A stretch of DNA of 40,427 bases from a virus (lineage: Duplodnaviria > Heunggongvirae > Uroviricota > Caudoviricetes): positions 1 to 40,427 of the IMG/VR virus record IMGVR_UViG_2636416136_000013; one strand, given 5' to 3'. Each line of letters begins with the position of its first letter. Within the stretch, counting starts at the first letter, position 1. A program made the translations under genes and the position numbers. Under the pieces are notes generated by a model. That model ran no database searches, was not told where the DNA came from, and saw only the letters and a program-made list of their open reading frames with translations. Positions 1 to 7,562 of this stretch are shown here, piece after piece.

Positions 1-603
1 CTTCTATATGATAATCCATCATTATCCAACTCTGATATTCAGTTGTTGGCGACAAATCAATTGATTAGTTATCATGTTGTTTTAAATAATAAAATGCTTC
101 CTAATCAGTGCGCTCTTCTTCCTTTGTCGAAGTTAATTATTATTAGCGATAACTTTAGAAAGTTAGCAAAAAATGCTGATTATAATGGGCCGGAACTTTT
201 CACGCACGCACATCAATTCGTGGGACAAAATTACTTAGGATTTGGCGATTATACAATTACTGGCCAGGTACTAGATCTTGGAGGTGGTCAACCTTCTGCT
301 GTTGCCGCACATTTGGTGTTCAAGAATTTACAAGCGAATACAGTTTGGATTCGTCATTTTGTATCAAGCAACACGCAACGAGGAAGTTCAAATGTTACTG
401 CAAAATTTTTAGATGTTTCAGATCAAATTACAAATCTTGTTCCCCAACATCCAACCCAGTTTGGCAGCAACATTGGTCTTAACTATTATTATTACAATAG
501 TCAACCAACTGTAAGGCATTTCCCTGGGTTGCCAAAAAACAAACAGTATCAAATTACTCACCATATTTGTTTCATGCTGGATTTAATAGCAGGTCGTATT
601 TAA
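1..603 (+). CDS. Partial ORF, probably the C-terminal part of a protein starting upstream of the window; function unknown
   Basis: Reading frame is open from nt 1 (the track's Met at 43 is a TTG); AT-rich; the 3' end overlaps the 3' end of the convergent integrase by ~20 nt. No recognisable motifs. Confidence 0.3.
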   Translation, partial: LLYDNPSLSNSDIQLLATNQLISYHVVLNNKMLPNQCALLPLSKLIIISDNFRKLAKNADYNGPELFTHAHQFVGQNYLGFGDYTITGQVLDLGGGQPSAVAAHLVFKNLQANTVWIRHFVSSNTQRGSSNVTAKFLDVSDQITNLVPQHPTQFGSNIGLNYYYYNSQPTVRHFPGLPKNKQYQITHHICFMLDLIAGRI

Positions 604-1758
604 TAAGCTAGCGTACCATTCCATCATTACTTGTCGATCTTTAATATATTGCGCATGATTGTAAGTACCTCGAATAGAGTTCTTATCAACATGCGCAAGC
701 TGCATTTCAATCCAGGCACTTTCAAACCCATGCTCATGCAAGATGGTGCTCATGGTATGCCTGAAACCGTGACCCGTTAACCGACCGTGATAACCCAGTA
801 GTTTTATCACTTTGTTGATGCTGGCTTCGCTCATTGGTTTACTGACGTCATTCCGGCCAGGGAAAACGAGGCTGTAATTCCCTGTTATTTCTTGCAGCTT
901 TTTCAGGATATTGATCGCCTGAGTTGATAACGGAACCAGATGGGGGCGGCGTTTCTTCATCCGTTCTTTGGGGATCTCCCATAAGGCATTATCTAAATCA
1001 AACTCAGCCCATTCCGCTGCACGTAGTTCAATTGTTCGCACGCCTGTTAGCATCAACAGCTGCGTGGCGTATTTGGTAACTAAACTGCCCTGATAGTTAT
1101 CCAGAGCATTAACGAACTCGGGCAACTCGCTTTCAGTCAGGAACGGGAAGTGTTGGGTTTTAGGTTTGTTGAGTGCGATAGCTAAATCGGGTGCAAAATT
1201 ATACTTTGCTCTACCAGTGGCAACAGCATAACGAAGCACTTCACCACAGCGGCGGCGGATCTTACTGGTTTGCTCTAGCGCACCTCTTTTCTCTATTTTT
1301 TGCAGGACGGTTAGCAGTTCTAATGGTTCAATCTGCTCAATTGGGCGCTGGCCGATAAAAGGAAAAATATCCTTTTCCATACAATTGAGAACCTCTTTTG
1401 CATAACCCTCTGACCAGGTGGCTTTTTTCGATGAGTGCCATTCTCTGGCCACAGACTCAAAGCTGTTCTCATGCGCGAACTGCAAAGCAATCTTATCTGC
1501 TTTTCTGGCTTCACTTGGGTTTATCCCGTTGGCTAACATCGAACGCGCTTCATCACGTTTGGTACGTGCCTGTGCCAACGACACATCGCCATATACGCCA
1601 AAGGAAATCATCTTAGGCTTACCTGCAAAGCGATAGCGAAAACGCCAGCCTTTACTGCCCGCTGTGTCGATCAGGAGTGATAGCCCCATACCATCGTTAA
1701 GCGTATAGGGTTTGTCCTTCGGTTTTGCTCTTTTTATTTGGATGTCAGATAGCAGCAT
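583..1758 (-). CDS. int: P4-family tyrosine integrase (site-specific recombinase)
   Basis: N-terminus MLLSDIQIKRAKPKDKPYTLNDGMGL is a typical P4/CP4-57-type arm-binding start; C-terminal catalytic region has HGFRHT...LAHVDKNSIRGTYNHAQY (R..HxxR..Y). Start set at the internal Met (MLLSD), not the track's upstream Met. Confidence 0.9.
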   Translation of the reverse strand: MLLSDIQIKRAKPKDKPYTLNDGMGLSLLIDTAGSKGWRFRYRFAGKPKMISFGVYGDVSLAQARTKRDEARSMLANGINPSEARKADKIALQFAHENSFESVAREWHSSKKATWSEGYAKEVLNCMEKDIFPFIGQRPIEQIEPLELLTVLQKIEKRGALEQTSKIRRRCGEVLRYAVATGRAKYNFAPDLAIALNKPKTQHFPFLTESELPEFVNALDNYQGSLVTKYATQLLMLTGVRTIELRAAEWAEFDLDNALWEIPKERMKKRRPHLVPLSTQAINILKKLQEITGNYSLVFPGRNDVSKPMSEASINKVIKLLGYHGRLTGHGFRHTMSTILHEHGFESAWIEMQLAHVDKNSIRGTYNHAQYIKDRQVMMEWYASLLNTTCY

Positions 1759-2006
1759 GTGTATAGAAAAAAGATCGAACTCAGTTATACACAATGTTAT
1801 ACGCAAAGATGTATAGATTCCATTAGAAATAATGGTACTTTGCTGGACGAGTATAAGGAGATGATATCAGTTAAAACAGTGAGTTATGGAATTAATTGAA
1901 CTTAGTGAGAAGTGTTCATGGTGTCCCCTGCAGACATCTACTTGAGGCGGCAGGGGATTGATTGGAATGGTGTTTTTTAGATGTGAAAAATATTTTACCC
2001 GCTATT

Positions 2007-2207
2007 TTACCCATTGGCGCGGCTTAAGAGCTTATTTTTGAATTCACAATGGTCACGATATAACCATCTTGCTCGCCCGTGGATAACTTTGGCTTTTGGC
2101 AGGTCGCCGGACTTAATCCGGTCGTAGATGAAGGTTTTACCGAAGCCAGTATCGGCCATGATGAATTTCAAATCAACCAGTGAATCAGGCTGTAGTTCGT
2201 GTTGCAT
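2007..2207 (-). CDS. AlpA/TorI-family small DNA-binding protein, likely excisionase/recombination directionality factor
   Basis: 66 aa; LVDLKFIMADTGFGKTFIYDRIKSGDLPK...GRARWL matches the AlpA-type helix-turn-helix pattern; sits directly upstream of int on the same strand. Confidence 0.75.
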   Translation of the reverse strand: MQHELQPDSLVDLKFIMADTGFGKTFIYDRIKSGDLPKAKVIHGRARWLYRDHCEFKNKLLSRANG

Positions 2208-2249
2208 GAGTGCTATCTCCGAATAGGGAATCGAACCTGCAAATCAGGC

Positions 2250-2273
2250 AATAAAAAACCGCCATCAGGCGGC
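2250..2273 (-). terminator. Rho-independent terminator (minus strand)
   Basis: Stem CCGCC/GGCGG with a 4-5 nt loop, followed on the minus strand by a T-run (plus strand shows taaaaaa upstream). Confidence 0.55.
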
Positions 2274-2432
2274 TTGGTGTTCTTTCAGTTCTTCAATTCG
2301 AATATTGGTTATGTCTGCATGTGCTATCTGCGCCCATATCATCCAGTGGTCATAGCAGTCGTTGATGTTCTCCGCTTCGATAACTCTGTTGAATGGCTCT
2401 CCATTCCATTCACCTGTGACTCGGAAGTGCAT
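2265..2432 (-). CDS. Small hypothetical protein (55 aa), below the ORF-track size cutoff
   Basis: Manual minus-strand translation: MHFRVTGEWNGEPFNRVIEAENINDCYDHWMIWAQIAHADITNIRIEELKEHQAA. GGAGA Shine-Dalgarno 6 nt upstream of the ATG; flanked by terminator hairpins on both sides. Confidence 0.4.
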   Translation of the reverse strand: MHFRVTGEWNGEPFNRVIEAENINDCYDHWMIWAQIAHADITNIRIEELKEHQAA

Positions 2433-2443
2433 TTATCATCTCC

Positions 2444-2470
2444 ATAAAACAAAACTCGCCGTAGCGAGTT
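2444..2470 (-). terminator. Rho-independent terminator (minus strand) downstream of the 93-aa moron gene
   Basis: Stem AACTCGC/GCGAGTT with loop, followed on the minus strand by TTTTGTTTTAT. Confidence 0.6.
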
Positions 2471-2520
2471 CAGATAAAAGAAATCCCCGCGAGTGCGAGG
2501 ATAGTTACTTGTTCATATTA

Positions 2521-2802
2521 TTAATCGTCAATATATTTTGAGCATTGTGGGCAATCATCAATCCCACAATACGATTCATATGCATCCTTTATTGCGTCGC
2601 GGGCTTCAGTAAGAGTATTGAATAAGTTGCAGCTATTATCTTTTTGATATAGGTAAGTTCCTAATTTATAAGCAGAAGAAGCATCATTTCCGCTGTCTAA
2701 AATTACATCGTTATGGATTCTGCACCTTGCAAGAACTCCTGATCCCATAAGGGTCTGCATAGCCCATTGCTCTTGATCTTCACACAAATCATGAATGCTC
2801 AT
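2521..2802 (-). CDS. Hypothetical small Cys-containing protein (moron gene in an AT-rich segment)
   Basis: ORF 2521..2820; start set at the ATG preceded by GAGAGG (MSIHDLCEDQ...). The surrounding ~400 bp is visibly AT-rich compared with its neighbours, with an AT-rich upstream region and a downstream terminator. Confidence 0.5.
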   Translation of the reverse strand: MSIHDLCEDQEQWAMQTLMGSGVLARCRIHNDVILDSGNDASSAYKLGTYLYQKDNSCNLFNTLTEARDAIKDAYESYCGIDDCPQCSKYIDD

Positions 2803-2916
2803 TTCAACACCTCTCTTCACGTTTCACACACGTTAAGATTAACAGTGTTTTTACATGCTTTGGAAGATTTATTTTATAAAAACTCTTTTAATACAAATAG
2901 ATATAATAGTTCACTA

Positions 2917-3558
2917 TTATAGCTCCTTTAATCGAGGCGGTTCTGGTAGCGGCATCCAGTGTGATGGAATCCACGACGCACCAGGTATTACCCACCCATC
3001 ATTAGCGTCAGGATGCCCCGGGATGTAAGTCGCCCATTTCATTCGCCAGTCACCTTTCCTGTCAAACTCCCTGGCAACAAGAACGGCTGTTTTGGTATCC
3101 GGCATTCGCTCACTACAGCTTATCCAACCATCCGGAGTTACCGGATAGTTGCCGGGTTCTTTAATGTGCAAGCGAGGCTCACCATCTTTTGGCTCAGGCC
3201 ACTGGCGCTCCATGTTGATCTTCAATTTATCTTCCATAGCAGCGGTAATTTCAGCATCGCTGATGCCAGCACGGCGCTGTGCATCCCACAACAGAAACTG
3301 CATATCAGCCCACTCGCTAAGATCTTCTGGTTCGGCTGCGGCTTCCAGTGCCTCTTTTGAGAGGTGTTTCAGTGGACCAATGGGGCCAACGCAGCCAAAT
3401 GTGGAGTCAGACCATTTGGCATGCTCGTGGCGAATCTGTTCGCGTTCCAGTGATGCCAGTGCAATTCGTGCCAGTTCCATTTGTTCGCCACGAGTAAGCC
3501 CGTTTTCAAGCGGATTTTTAATGAACAATTCAATACGTTCTTTGGTAATAGTGGTCAT
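2917..3558 (-). CDS. Hypothetical early-left protein (213 aa); C-terminal W/P-rich region resembles DUF551-type phage proteins
   Basis: ORF with GGTG Shine-Dalgarno; C-terminus ...DGWVIPGASWIPSHWMPLPEPP. Domain assignment is from recollection, not a search. Confidence 0.55.
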   Translation of the reverse strand: MTTITKERIELFIKNPLENGLTRGEQMELARIALASLEREQIRHEHAKWSDSTFGCVGPIGPLKHLSKEALEAAAEPEDLSEWADMQFLLWDAQRRAGISDAEITAAMEDKLKINMERQWPEPKDGEPRLHIKEPGNYPVTPDGWISCSERMPDTKTAVLVAREFDRKGDWRMKWATYIPGHPDANDGWVIPGASWIPSHWMPLPEPPRLKEL

Positions 3559-3560
3559 GG

Positions 3561-3752
3561 CTATTTCACCTTAATCTCAACATTTCGCAGTTTTAGCTCC
3601 ACTGGCAGGTCTGACTTTCCGGTTAAAGCTAATGCGAGATTTTCTGGAGTAATGAGAGCTGTTATTGTTTTCCCCATCGCCAGACGAATAATCATTCGTA
3701 TTTCGCGATCGTCACATGCTCCTGGTCGAACAATTGATATCTGTCCGTTCAT
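3561..3752 (-). CDS. Hypothetical protein (63 aa)
   Basis: Start set at the internal Met (MNGQISIV...) with an AAGGAG Shine-Dalgarno; begins 1 nt after the stop of the upstream gene. Confidence 0.45.
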   Translation of the reverse strand: MNGQISIVRPGACDDREIRMIIRLAMGKTITALITPENLALALTGKSDLPVELKLRNVEIKVK

Positions 3753-3753
3753 C

Positions 3754-4461
3754 TCACTCTCCTTTGATGCGAATGCCAGCAAGCCAGTTTCTTATGCCGA
3801 TATATTCAGCGTTCCTGAAACCGCTTTTTACATATATAAATGGCAAGCGAAGATTGTGACCATTGGCTGCCAGGTAGTCTTTACAACCCTGTTCGGTGAA
3901 ACAGCAGGTAACGAATTCATCAATATCTTTCACAGCAACGCGCCGCCATTTTTCTGGTGGCTCTCGAAAGTTTTCGTGAAGTAGTTCGAGACGACGACTT
4001 TGGCGTTTATTGGCTTCATTGCCATCTTCATCAACCCAGACAATCCGGTCATAGTCATAATCAGCATCAACAACGATTTCGCGCTTTTGATACACACAAA
4101 ACATGGGATCTGACGTTATTCGATTGTCCTGTGTTCGAATATTTTCACCGATGATGCCAAACGAATCTGGTGCAGATTTTGTCTGCATCTCTTCGATACG
4201 TTCAGCCATCGCAGCACACTCTTCAAAGTTGCTTAATGCTTTTCGCTCCCATTCGGCGCATTGTTTTTCCAGTTCTGCTATGCGCTTACTTCCATCCGAG
4301 ATAACACCTTCGTAATACTCACGCTGCTCGTTGAGTTTTGATTCAAGTTCACCTAACTTACGGACAAGATATTCAGCGTTTGTTTCGTTAACCTTTAAAT
4401 CTCGTGGGATGCATTTACCTTTCAGAAATCCATCCATCTCAATTAGTGGCATTTGTTTCAT
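3754..4461 (-). CDS. Hypothetical early-left protein (~235 aa) with coiled-coil-like N-terminal half
   Basis: ORF 3754..4479; start set at an ATG that forms an ATGA overlap with the stop of the upstream 61-aa gene, suggesting translational coupling. Confidence 0.55.
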   Translation of the reverse strand: MKQMPLIEMDGFLKGKCIPRDLKVNETNAEYLVRKLGELESKLNEQREYYEGVISDGSKRIAELEKQCAEWERKALSNFEECAAMAERIEEMQTKSAPDSFGIIGENIRTQDNRITSDPMFCVYQKREIVVDADYDYDRIVWVDEDGNEANKRQSRRLELLHENFREPPEKWRRVAVKDIDEFVTCCFTEQGCKDYLAANGHNLRLPFIYVKSGFRNAEYIGIRNWLAGIRIKGE

Positions 4462-4640
4462 TTCTTCCCACTCCGCCACATCGCATTCAGATATTTGTTG
4501 TCATTAACAGAACCGAAACTCTTTCTCTTAAGCAATTCCTCTCTCGATGGCATTGGCTTTACGCGTTGGCGAATAATCATTTCTGCCGGAAGAATGCCGG
4601 GATTGTATGCAAGTCCTCTCATGGTAAATTCCTCAGTCAT
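4458..4640 (-). CDS. Hypothetical protein (61 aa)
   Basis: Start MTEEF... overlaps the stop of the upstream 97-aa gene (ATGACTGA); ends in an ATGA overlap with the next gene. Confidence 0.45.
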   Translation of the reverse strand: MTEEFTMRGLAYNPGILPAEMIIRQRVKPMPSREELLKRKSFGSVNDNKYLNAMWRSGKK

Positions 4641-4926
4641 TACTGATAGCGCCATAGCGTGAGCGGTAATTACGCAGGCGCGGGTCAATTTCAGGGAAGT
4701 GGGTATATGTGGCTTTGCGGAATGGTCGGATTGATGTCTGGTAAATTCGCTCGCGTTCTTCTTTCTCTGCAAGCCATATACAGTGGCGAAATTCCTTTTC
4801 CTCTTTCGTTTCCTGCGGTAGAGACATTATTCGATCGTAGTTTTTTCTGAATTTATCCAGCACCTCCGATACGGAATTGCCGGAACAGCGGCGCGCGTCG
4901 TCCTCACCATACAGAGGCGCTGGCAT
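4633..4926 (-). CDS. Hypothetical 97-aa protein; possibly Abc2-like anti-RecBCD protein
   Basis: Lies downstream of erf/ssb, where P22-like phages carry abc genes; the 97-aa length and [10 protein letters not shown]...CSGNSV start recall P22 Abc2. Identity is from memory only. Confidence 0.5.
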   Translation of the reverse strand: MPAPLYGEDDARRCSGNSVSEVLDKFRKNYDRIMSLPQETKEEKEFRHCIWLAEKEERERIYQTSIRPFRKATYTHFPEIDPRLRNYRSRYGAISND

Positions 4927-4949
4927 AATGGAATCCTTATGTTGCTACT

Positions 4950-5333
4950 TTAGAAGGGAATTGAATCGTCGTATTCAGGATGATTTTGATGATTGCTACT
5001 TTGCTGCTGTTGGCTGTTTCCTGAAGCTGCAAATCCAATCTTCGCATTCAGTAATTCAAGAGTGATTGATTGACCATTTTGCCCCTGATAAACATCAACC
5101 CTGATGTTTTCTCCGGTAATTTCCACAATGCCACCTTCAACAAGAACACTACGGTAGTAATCCGCTTGAGCTCCCGGCTTGGCAAATACAACGGCGCTGT
5201 AGTTTGTCCACTCTTTCTTTTTTGTCTGGCGATCGTAATACTGAACGCCAGCACGGATGTTGAATCCGATATTTTCCCCGGCCTGAAACTCTCTTGCGGG
5301 CTTGTTTAGTCTTACAGTAATCGAATGTGCCAT
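4950..5333 (-). CDS. ssb: Single-stranded DNA-binding protein (short phage SSB)
   Basis: OB-fold-like N-terminal region, Q/N-rich linker and acidic C-terminal tail ...EYDDSIPF, the characteristic SSB tail. Start ATG overlaps the erf stop (TAATG). Confidence 0.75.
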   Translation of the reverse strand: MAHSITVRLNKPAREFQAGENIGFNIRAGVQYYDRQTKKKEWTNYSAVVFAKPGAQADYYRSVLVEGGIVEITGENIRVDVYQGQNGQSITLELLNAKIGFAASGNSQQQQSSNHQNHPEYDDSIPF

Positions 5334-5938
5334 TAAGCAGTTGCCCCTTCTAATTCGTCTCGTCTGATGTTGTAAACGTCCTGCGCTTTGTGCTGCTCCG
5401 GTGTGCCTTCGAGCATCTTCCACGCTTTGGCGAACGCCTGTTTAAGCTCTTCTACGGTGTTTTTCTGCATTGCTGCGTCAGTGAATGCTTTTAGAACCTG
5501 TTCAGGTGTAGGTGATGGTTTTGATTGCTTTGCTGCTGCGTTCTGCTGATGTTTATGCTCGTCTGTATCTGCATCTTTCGCATCATCAATGCCGAACAAA
5601 CCATTGAGGCAATACTTGCGCGCATAAGAGCTTGTAGCTCCCGTAACTTGTGCAGAATCCATTCCTTTCTTGCTTTCTTCCTCTCGTGCAAGAGCGGTTG
5701 CCGTATGGCTGCTTTCGCCATCGGTAATAGTTGCCGTGGCTTTCACGTAATACCGATCACCAATCAGCACAACTTCATCGCTGATTGATAAAAACAGGCC
5801 ATTCAGTAGCGGCTTAACGCCTTCAAGAATGTCTTCGCAGCTTCTGTATTTATATTTACCGAATGAGTTGTACTGATTCTTTGGCGCGTTCAGATTCTCC
5901 TGAATAGCTGCCAGTCTTGCGTAAAACTCTTTGCTCAT
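5333..5938 (-). CDS. erf: Erf-family single-strand annealing recombinase
   Basis: MSKEFYARLAAIQENLNAPKNQYNSFGKYKYRSCEDILEGVKPLL... closely recalls P22 Erf; start set at MSKEF rather than the track's upstream Met. Confidence 0.85.
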   Translation of the reverse strand: MSKEFYARLAAIQENLNAPKNQYNSFGKYKYRSCEDILEGVKPLLNGLFLSISDEVVLIGDRYYVKATATITDGESSHTATALAREEESKKGMDSAQVTGATSSYARKYCLNGLFGIDDAKDADTDEHKHQQNAAAKQSKPSPTPEQVLKAFTDAAMQKNTVEELKQAFAKAWKMLEGTPEQHKAQDVYNIRRDELEGATA

Positions 5939-6039
5939 ATGTTTGATCTCAGAATGGACACGGCCCAAGGAAATAACGCTGATTTAATACTTCGACTCGG
6001 GACAAATTAAGGCATACCCGCATTCCTTCGCGGTCACCA

Positions 6040-6198
6040 TTATGGCGATACCAGAGAGCTTTCTGCGTGTACATGCGCCTCTGTAACTTGCTCTCCTTCA
6101 CTGTGGTTGCAAGTGACATGAATATCTCCTTCGTTACCGATTAATTCTTTCATCTGACGAATGAATTCTTCGTCTGACCAGTTATCTGTAAAACTCAT
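6040..6198 (-). CDS. Hypothetical small protein (52 aa) in the kil position
   Basis: ATG forms an ATGA overlap with the cIII stop; no recognisable similarity to lambda Kil. Confidence 0.35.
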   Translation of the reverse strand: MSFTDNWSDEEFIRQMKELIGNEGDIHVTCNHSEGEQVTEAHVHAESSLVSP

Positions 6199-6365
6199 GG
6201 ACGGCCTTGTTGTTTCAAAATATCCCAAAGCTTTTCGAGCAAACTTTTCATTCTTGGTTGTTTAAAGTCTGCTCCGGTTAAAATATTTTTTCGTGAATGC
6301 TGTACCGATAAAATCGGGTTGAAAGGGCGAACCGATGCCGCCCCTGCAATAGCGAACTGTTGCAT
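6195..6365 (-). CDS. cIII: CIII-like protein (protease inhibitor that stabilises CII)
   Basis: MQQFAIAG... start and ...SLLEKLWDILKQQGRP match the lambda CIII pattern (MQYAIAG..., ...LIDILNQPG); AGGAG Shine-Dalgarno 7 nt upstream. Confidence 0.7.
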   Translation of the reverse strand: MQQFAIAGAASVRPFNPILSVQHSRKNILTGADFKQPRMKSLLEKLWDILKQQGRP

Positions 6366-6430
6366 AGGATGCTCCTTCTGTTTGATTGCATAACGAAAAC
6401 GCCTCAAGTGAAGCGTTATTGGTATGCATA

Positions 6431-6456
6431 TAAAAAAGCCCTCACATTGGAGGGCA
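6431..6456 (-). terminator. Rho-independent terminator (minus strand), tL1-like, between the 107-aa gene and cIII
   Basis: Stem GCCCTC/GAGGGC followed on the minus strand by TTTTTTAT. Confidence 0.55.
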
Positions 6457-6582
6457 AAGAAGATTTCCAATAATCAGAACAAGTCGGCTCCTGTTTAGTT
6501 ACGAGCGACATTGCTCCGTGTATTCACTCGTTGGAATGAATACACAGTGCAGTATTTATTCTGTTGTTTATGCCAAAAATAA

Positions 6583-6604
6583 AGGCCGACTATGCGGCCT
6601 TATC
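6583..6604 (-). terminator. Candidate terminator hairpin (minus strand) overlapping the 3' end of the 107-aa gene
   Basis: Stem AGGCCG/CGGCCT followed on the minus strand by TTATTTTTGG. Confidence 0.45.
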
Positions 6605-6913
6605 TACATTCCTGAACCAAACGCAGATCGGACCGTCTTCTGTATCGTGAATCGAACCAACAAACCATCCTTCTCCATCTGGCATGCTTGGCTCCCATCC
6701 GCTGATGTTTGGATTCCCATCTTCAAAATACGAGTCAATTACCGTTTGATTGTTGTCGTTTTCCATTTCAACAATTGATGATTCAATGCCATGCTGCTTG
6801 CAGAAAGATCTGAACTCATCAACTGAAATTACCTCTCTATCCCCAAACAGGTTGGCGTATTCTGGGTGCGTCCAGTAGCCATCCTCGCTTCGCTCTACTA
6901 CTAATGCTTCCAT
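6590..6913 (-). CDS. Hypothetical highly acidic protein (107 aa), first gene after N
   Basis: About 23 Asp/Glu against about 6 Lys/Arg in 107 residues, counted by eye; occupies the position where lambda encodes ral. Confidence 0.6.
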   Translation of the reverse strand: MEALVVERSEDGYWTHPEYANLFGDREVISVDEFRSFCKQHGIESSIVEMENDNNQTVIDSYFEDGNPNISGWEPSMPDGEGWFVGSIHDTEDGPICVWFRNVDKAA

Positions 6914-6921
6914 ATCTCACC

Positions 6922-7248
6922 TCAAATAAGTGGTTTGCTGCCTAATTTCATTTTCTGGCGACCAACACAAGTCATACCCATTTCACTGCGTGGCTTGCTG
7001 TACCATGTGCGCTGATTCTTGCGCTCAATACGTTGCAGGTTGCTTTCAATCTGTTCGTGGTATTCAGCCAGCACCGTAAGGTCTATCGGATTCAGTGCGC
7101 TTTCTACTCGTGATTTCGGTTTGCGATTCAGCGAGAGAATAGGGCGGTTAACTGGTTTTGCGCTTACCCCAACCAACAGGGGATTTGCTGCTTTCCATTG
7201 AGCCTGTTTCTCTGCGCGACGTTCGCGGCGGCGTGCTTGTGCATCCAT
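6922..7248 (-). CDS. N: Antitermination protein N
   Basis: MDAQARRRERRAEKQAQWKAANPLLVGVSAKPVNRPILSLNRKPKSRVESALNPIDLTVLAEYH... is near-identical to lambda N as recalled (arginine-rich boxB-binding motif at the N-terminus). Start set at MDAQ. Confidence 0.92.
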   Translation of the reverse strand: MDAQARRRERRAEKQAQWKAANPLLVGVSAKPVNRPILSLNRKPKSRVESALNPIDLTVLAEYHEQIESNLQRIERKNQRTWYSKPRSEMGMTCVGRQKMKLGSKPLI

Positions 7249-7354
7249 CTGGATTCTCCTGTCAGTTAGCTTTGAGTAACGCGCCGTGATGCTTATCTCC
7301 ACGGTTGCTGTCTTGCAGCTGCATTTCGCGCTACTCAAAGCCTTCTGCTTTGAA

Positions 7355-7395
7355 TGCTGCCCTTCTTCAGGGCTAAATTTTTAAGAGCCTCACCT
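7355..7395 (-). promoter_or_regulatory. nutL site (boxA and boxB)
   Basis: Minus-strand reading gives GGCTCTTAAAAATTTAGCCCTGAAGAAGGGC: boxA-like CTCTTAA plus the boxB hairpin GCCCTGAAGAAGGGC (plus 7359..7373), matching lambda nutL. Confidence 0.8.
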
Positions 7396-7428
7396 TCAAT
7401 GGTGGTCAGTGCGTCCTGCTGATGGCTA

Positions 7429-7457
7429 AATAGTACGATTTGTACTTTATCGAGTCA
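7429..7457 (-). promoter_or_regulatory. Candidate PL promoter with overlapping OL operator
   Basis: Minus strand reads TTGACT, 17-nt spacer, TACTAT; the spacer and -10 overlap a perfect palindrome AGTAC-N5-GTACT (plus 7431..7445). Confidence 0.6.
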
Positions 7458-7522
7458 ATACAAAATGTTCTAAATATAATTAGTTTTTTATAACGCTTTG
7501 TATTTAATGGGTTTATATTTTG

Positions 7523-7553
7523 GAAAAAGAAAACCCGGCGCTGAGGCCGGGTT
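7523..7553 (-). terminator. Rho-independent terminator ending the cI / 348-aa gene transcript
   Basis: Stem CCCGGC/GCCGGG with 6-nt loop followed on the minus strand by TTTTCTTTTT, just downstream of the 348-aa ORF stop. Confidence 0.7.
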
Positions 7554-7562
7554 TGGAGTGCA

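Noticed and set aside
1888-1900. 11-bp identity GAATTAATTGA shared with 39161..39171, as possible att direct repeats
   Set aside because: It is short, AT-rich and partly palindromic. If these were att cores, both integrase genes would fall outside the element. More likely chance, though not excluded.
2215-2245. tRNA-like T-arm motif (GGAATCGAACC) suggesting a tRNA gene or att core
   Set aside because: I could not fold the flanking sequence into T-stem, acceptor stem and CCA; a similar ATCGAAC also occurs at ~1774. Probably chance or a degenerate remnant; needs tRNAscan-type analysis.
2199-2447. Plus-strand 82-aa ORF
   Set aside because: It is antisense to the better-supported 55-aa minus-strand ORF and runs across a terminator hairpin; no ribosome-binding site.
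3013-3984. Plus-strand ORFs (115, 141 and 167 aa) overlapping the minus-strand early-left genes
   Set aside because: They are antisense to well-supported, tightly packed minus-strand genes with Shine-Dalgarno sites and start/stop overlaps, and have low-complexity Ser/Ala/Arg-rich translations typical of spurious ORFs.
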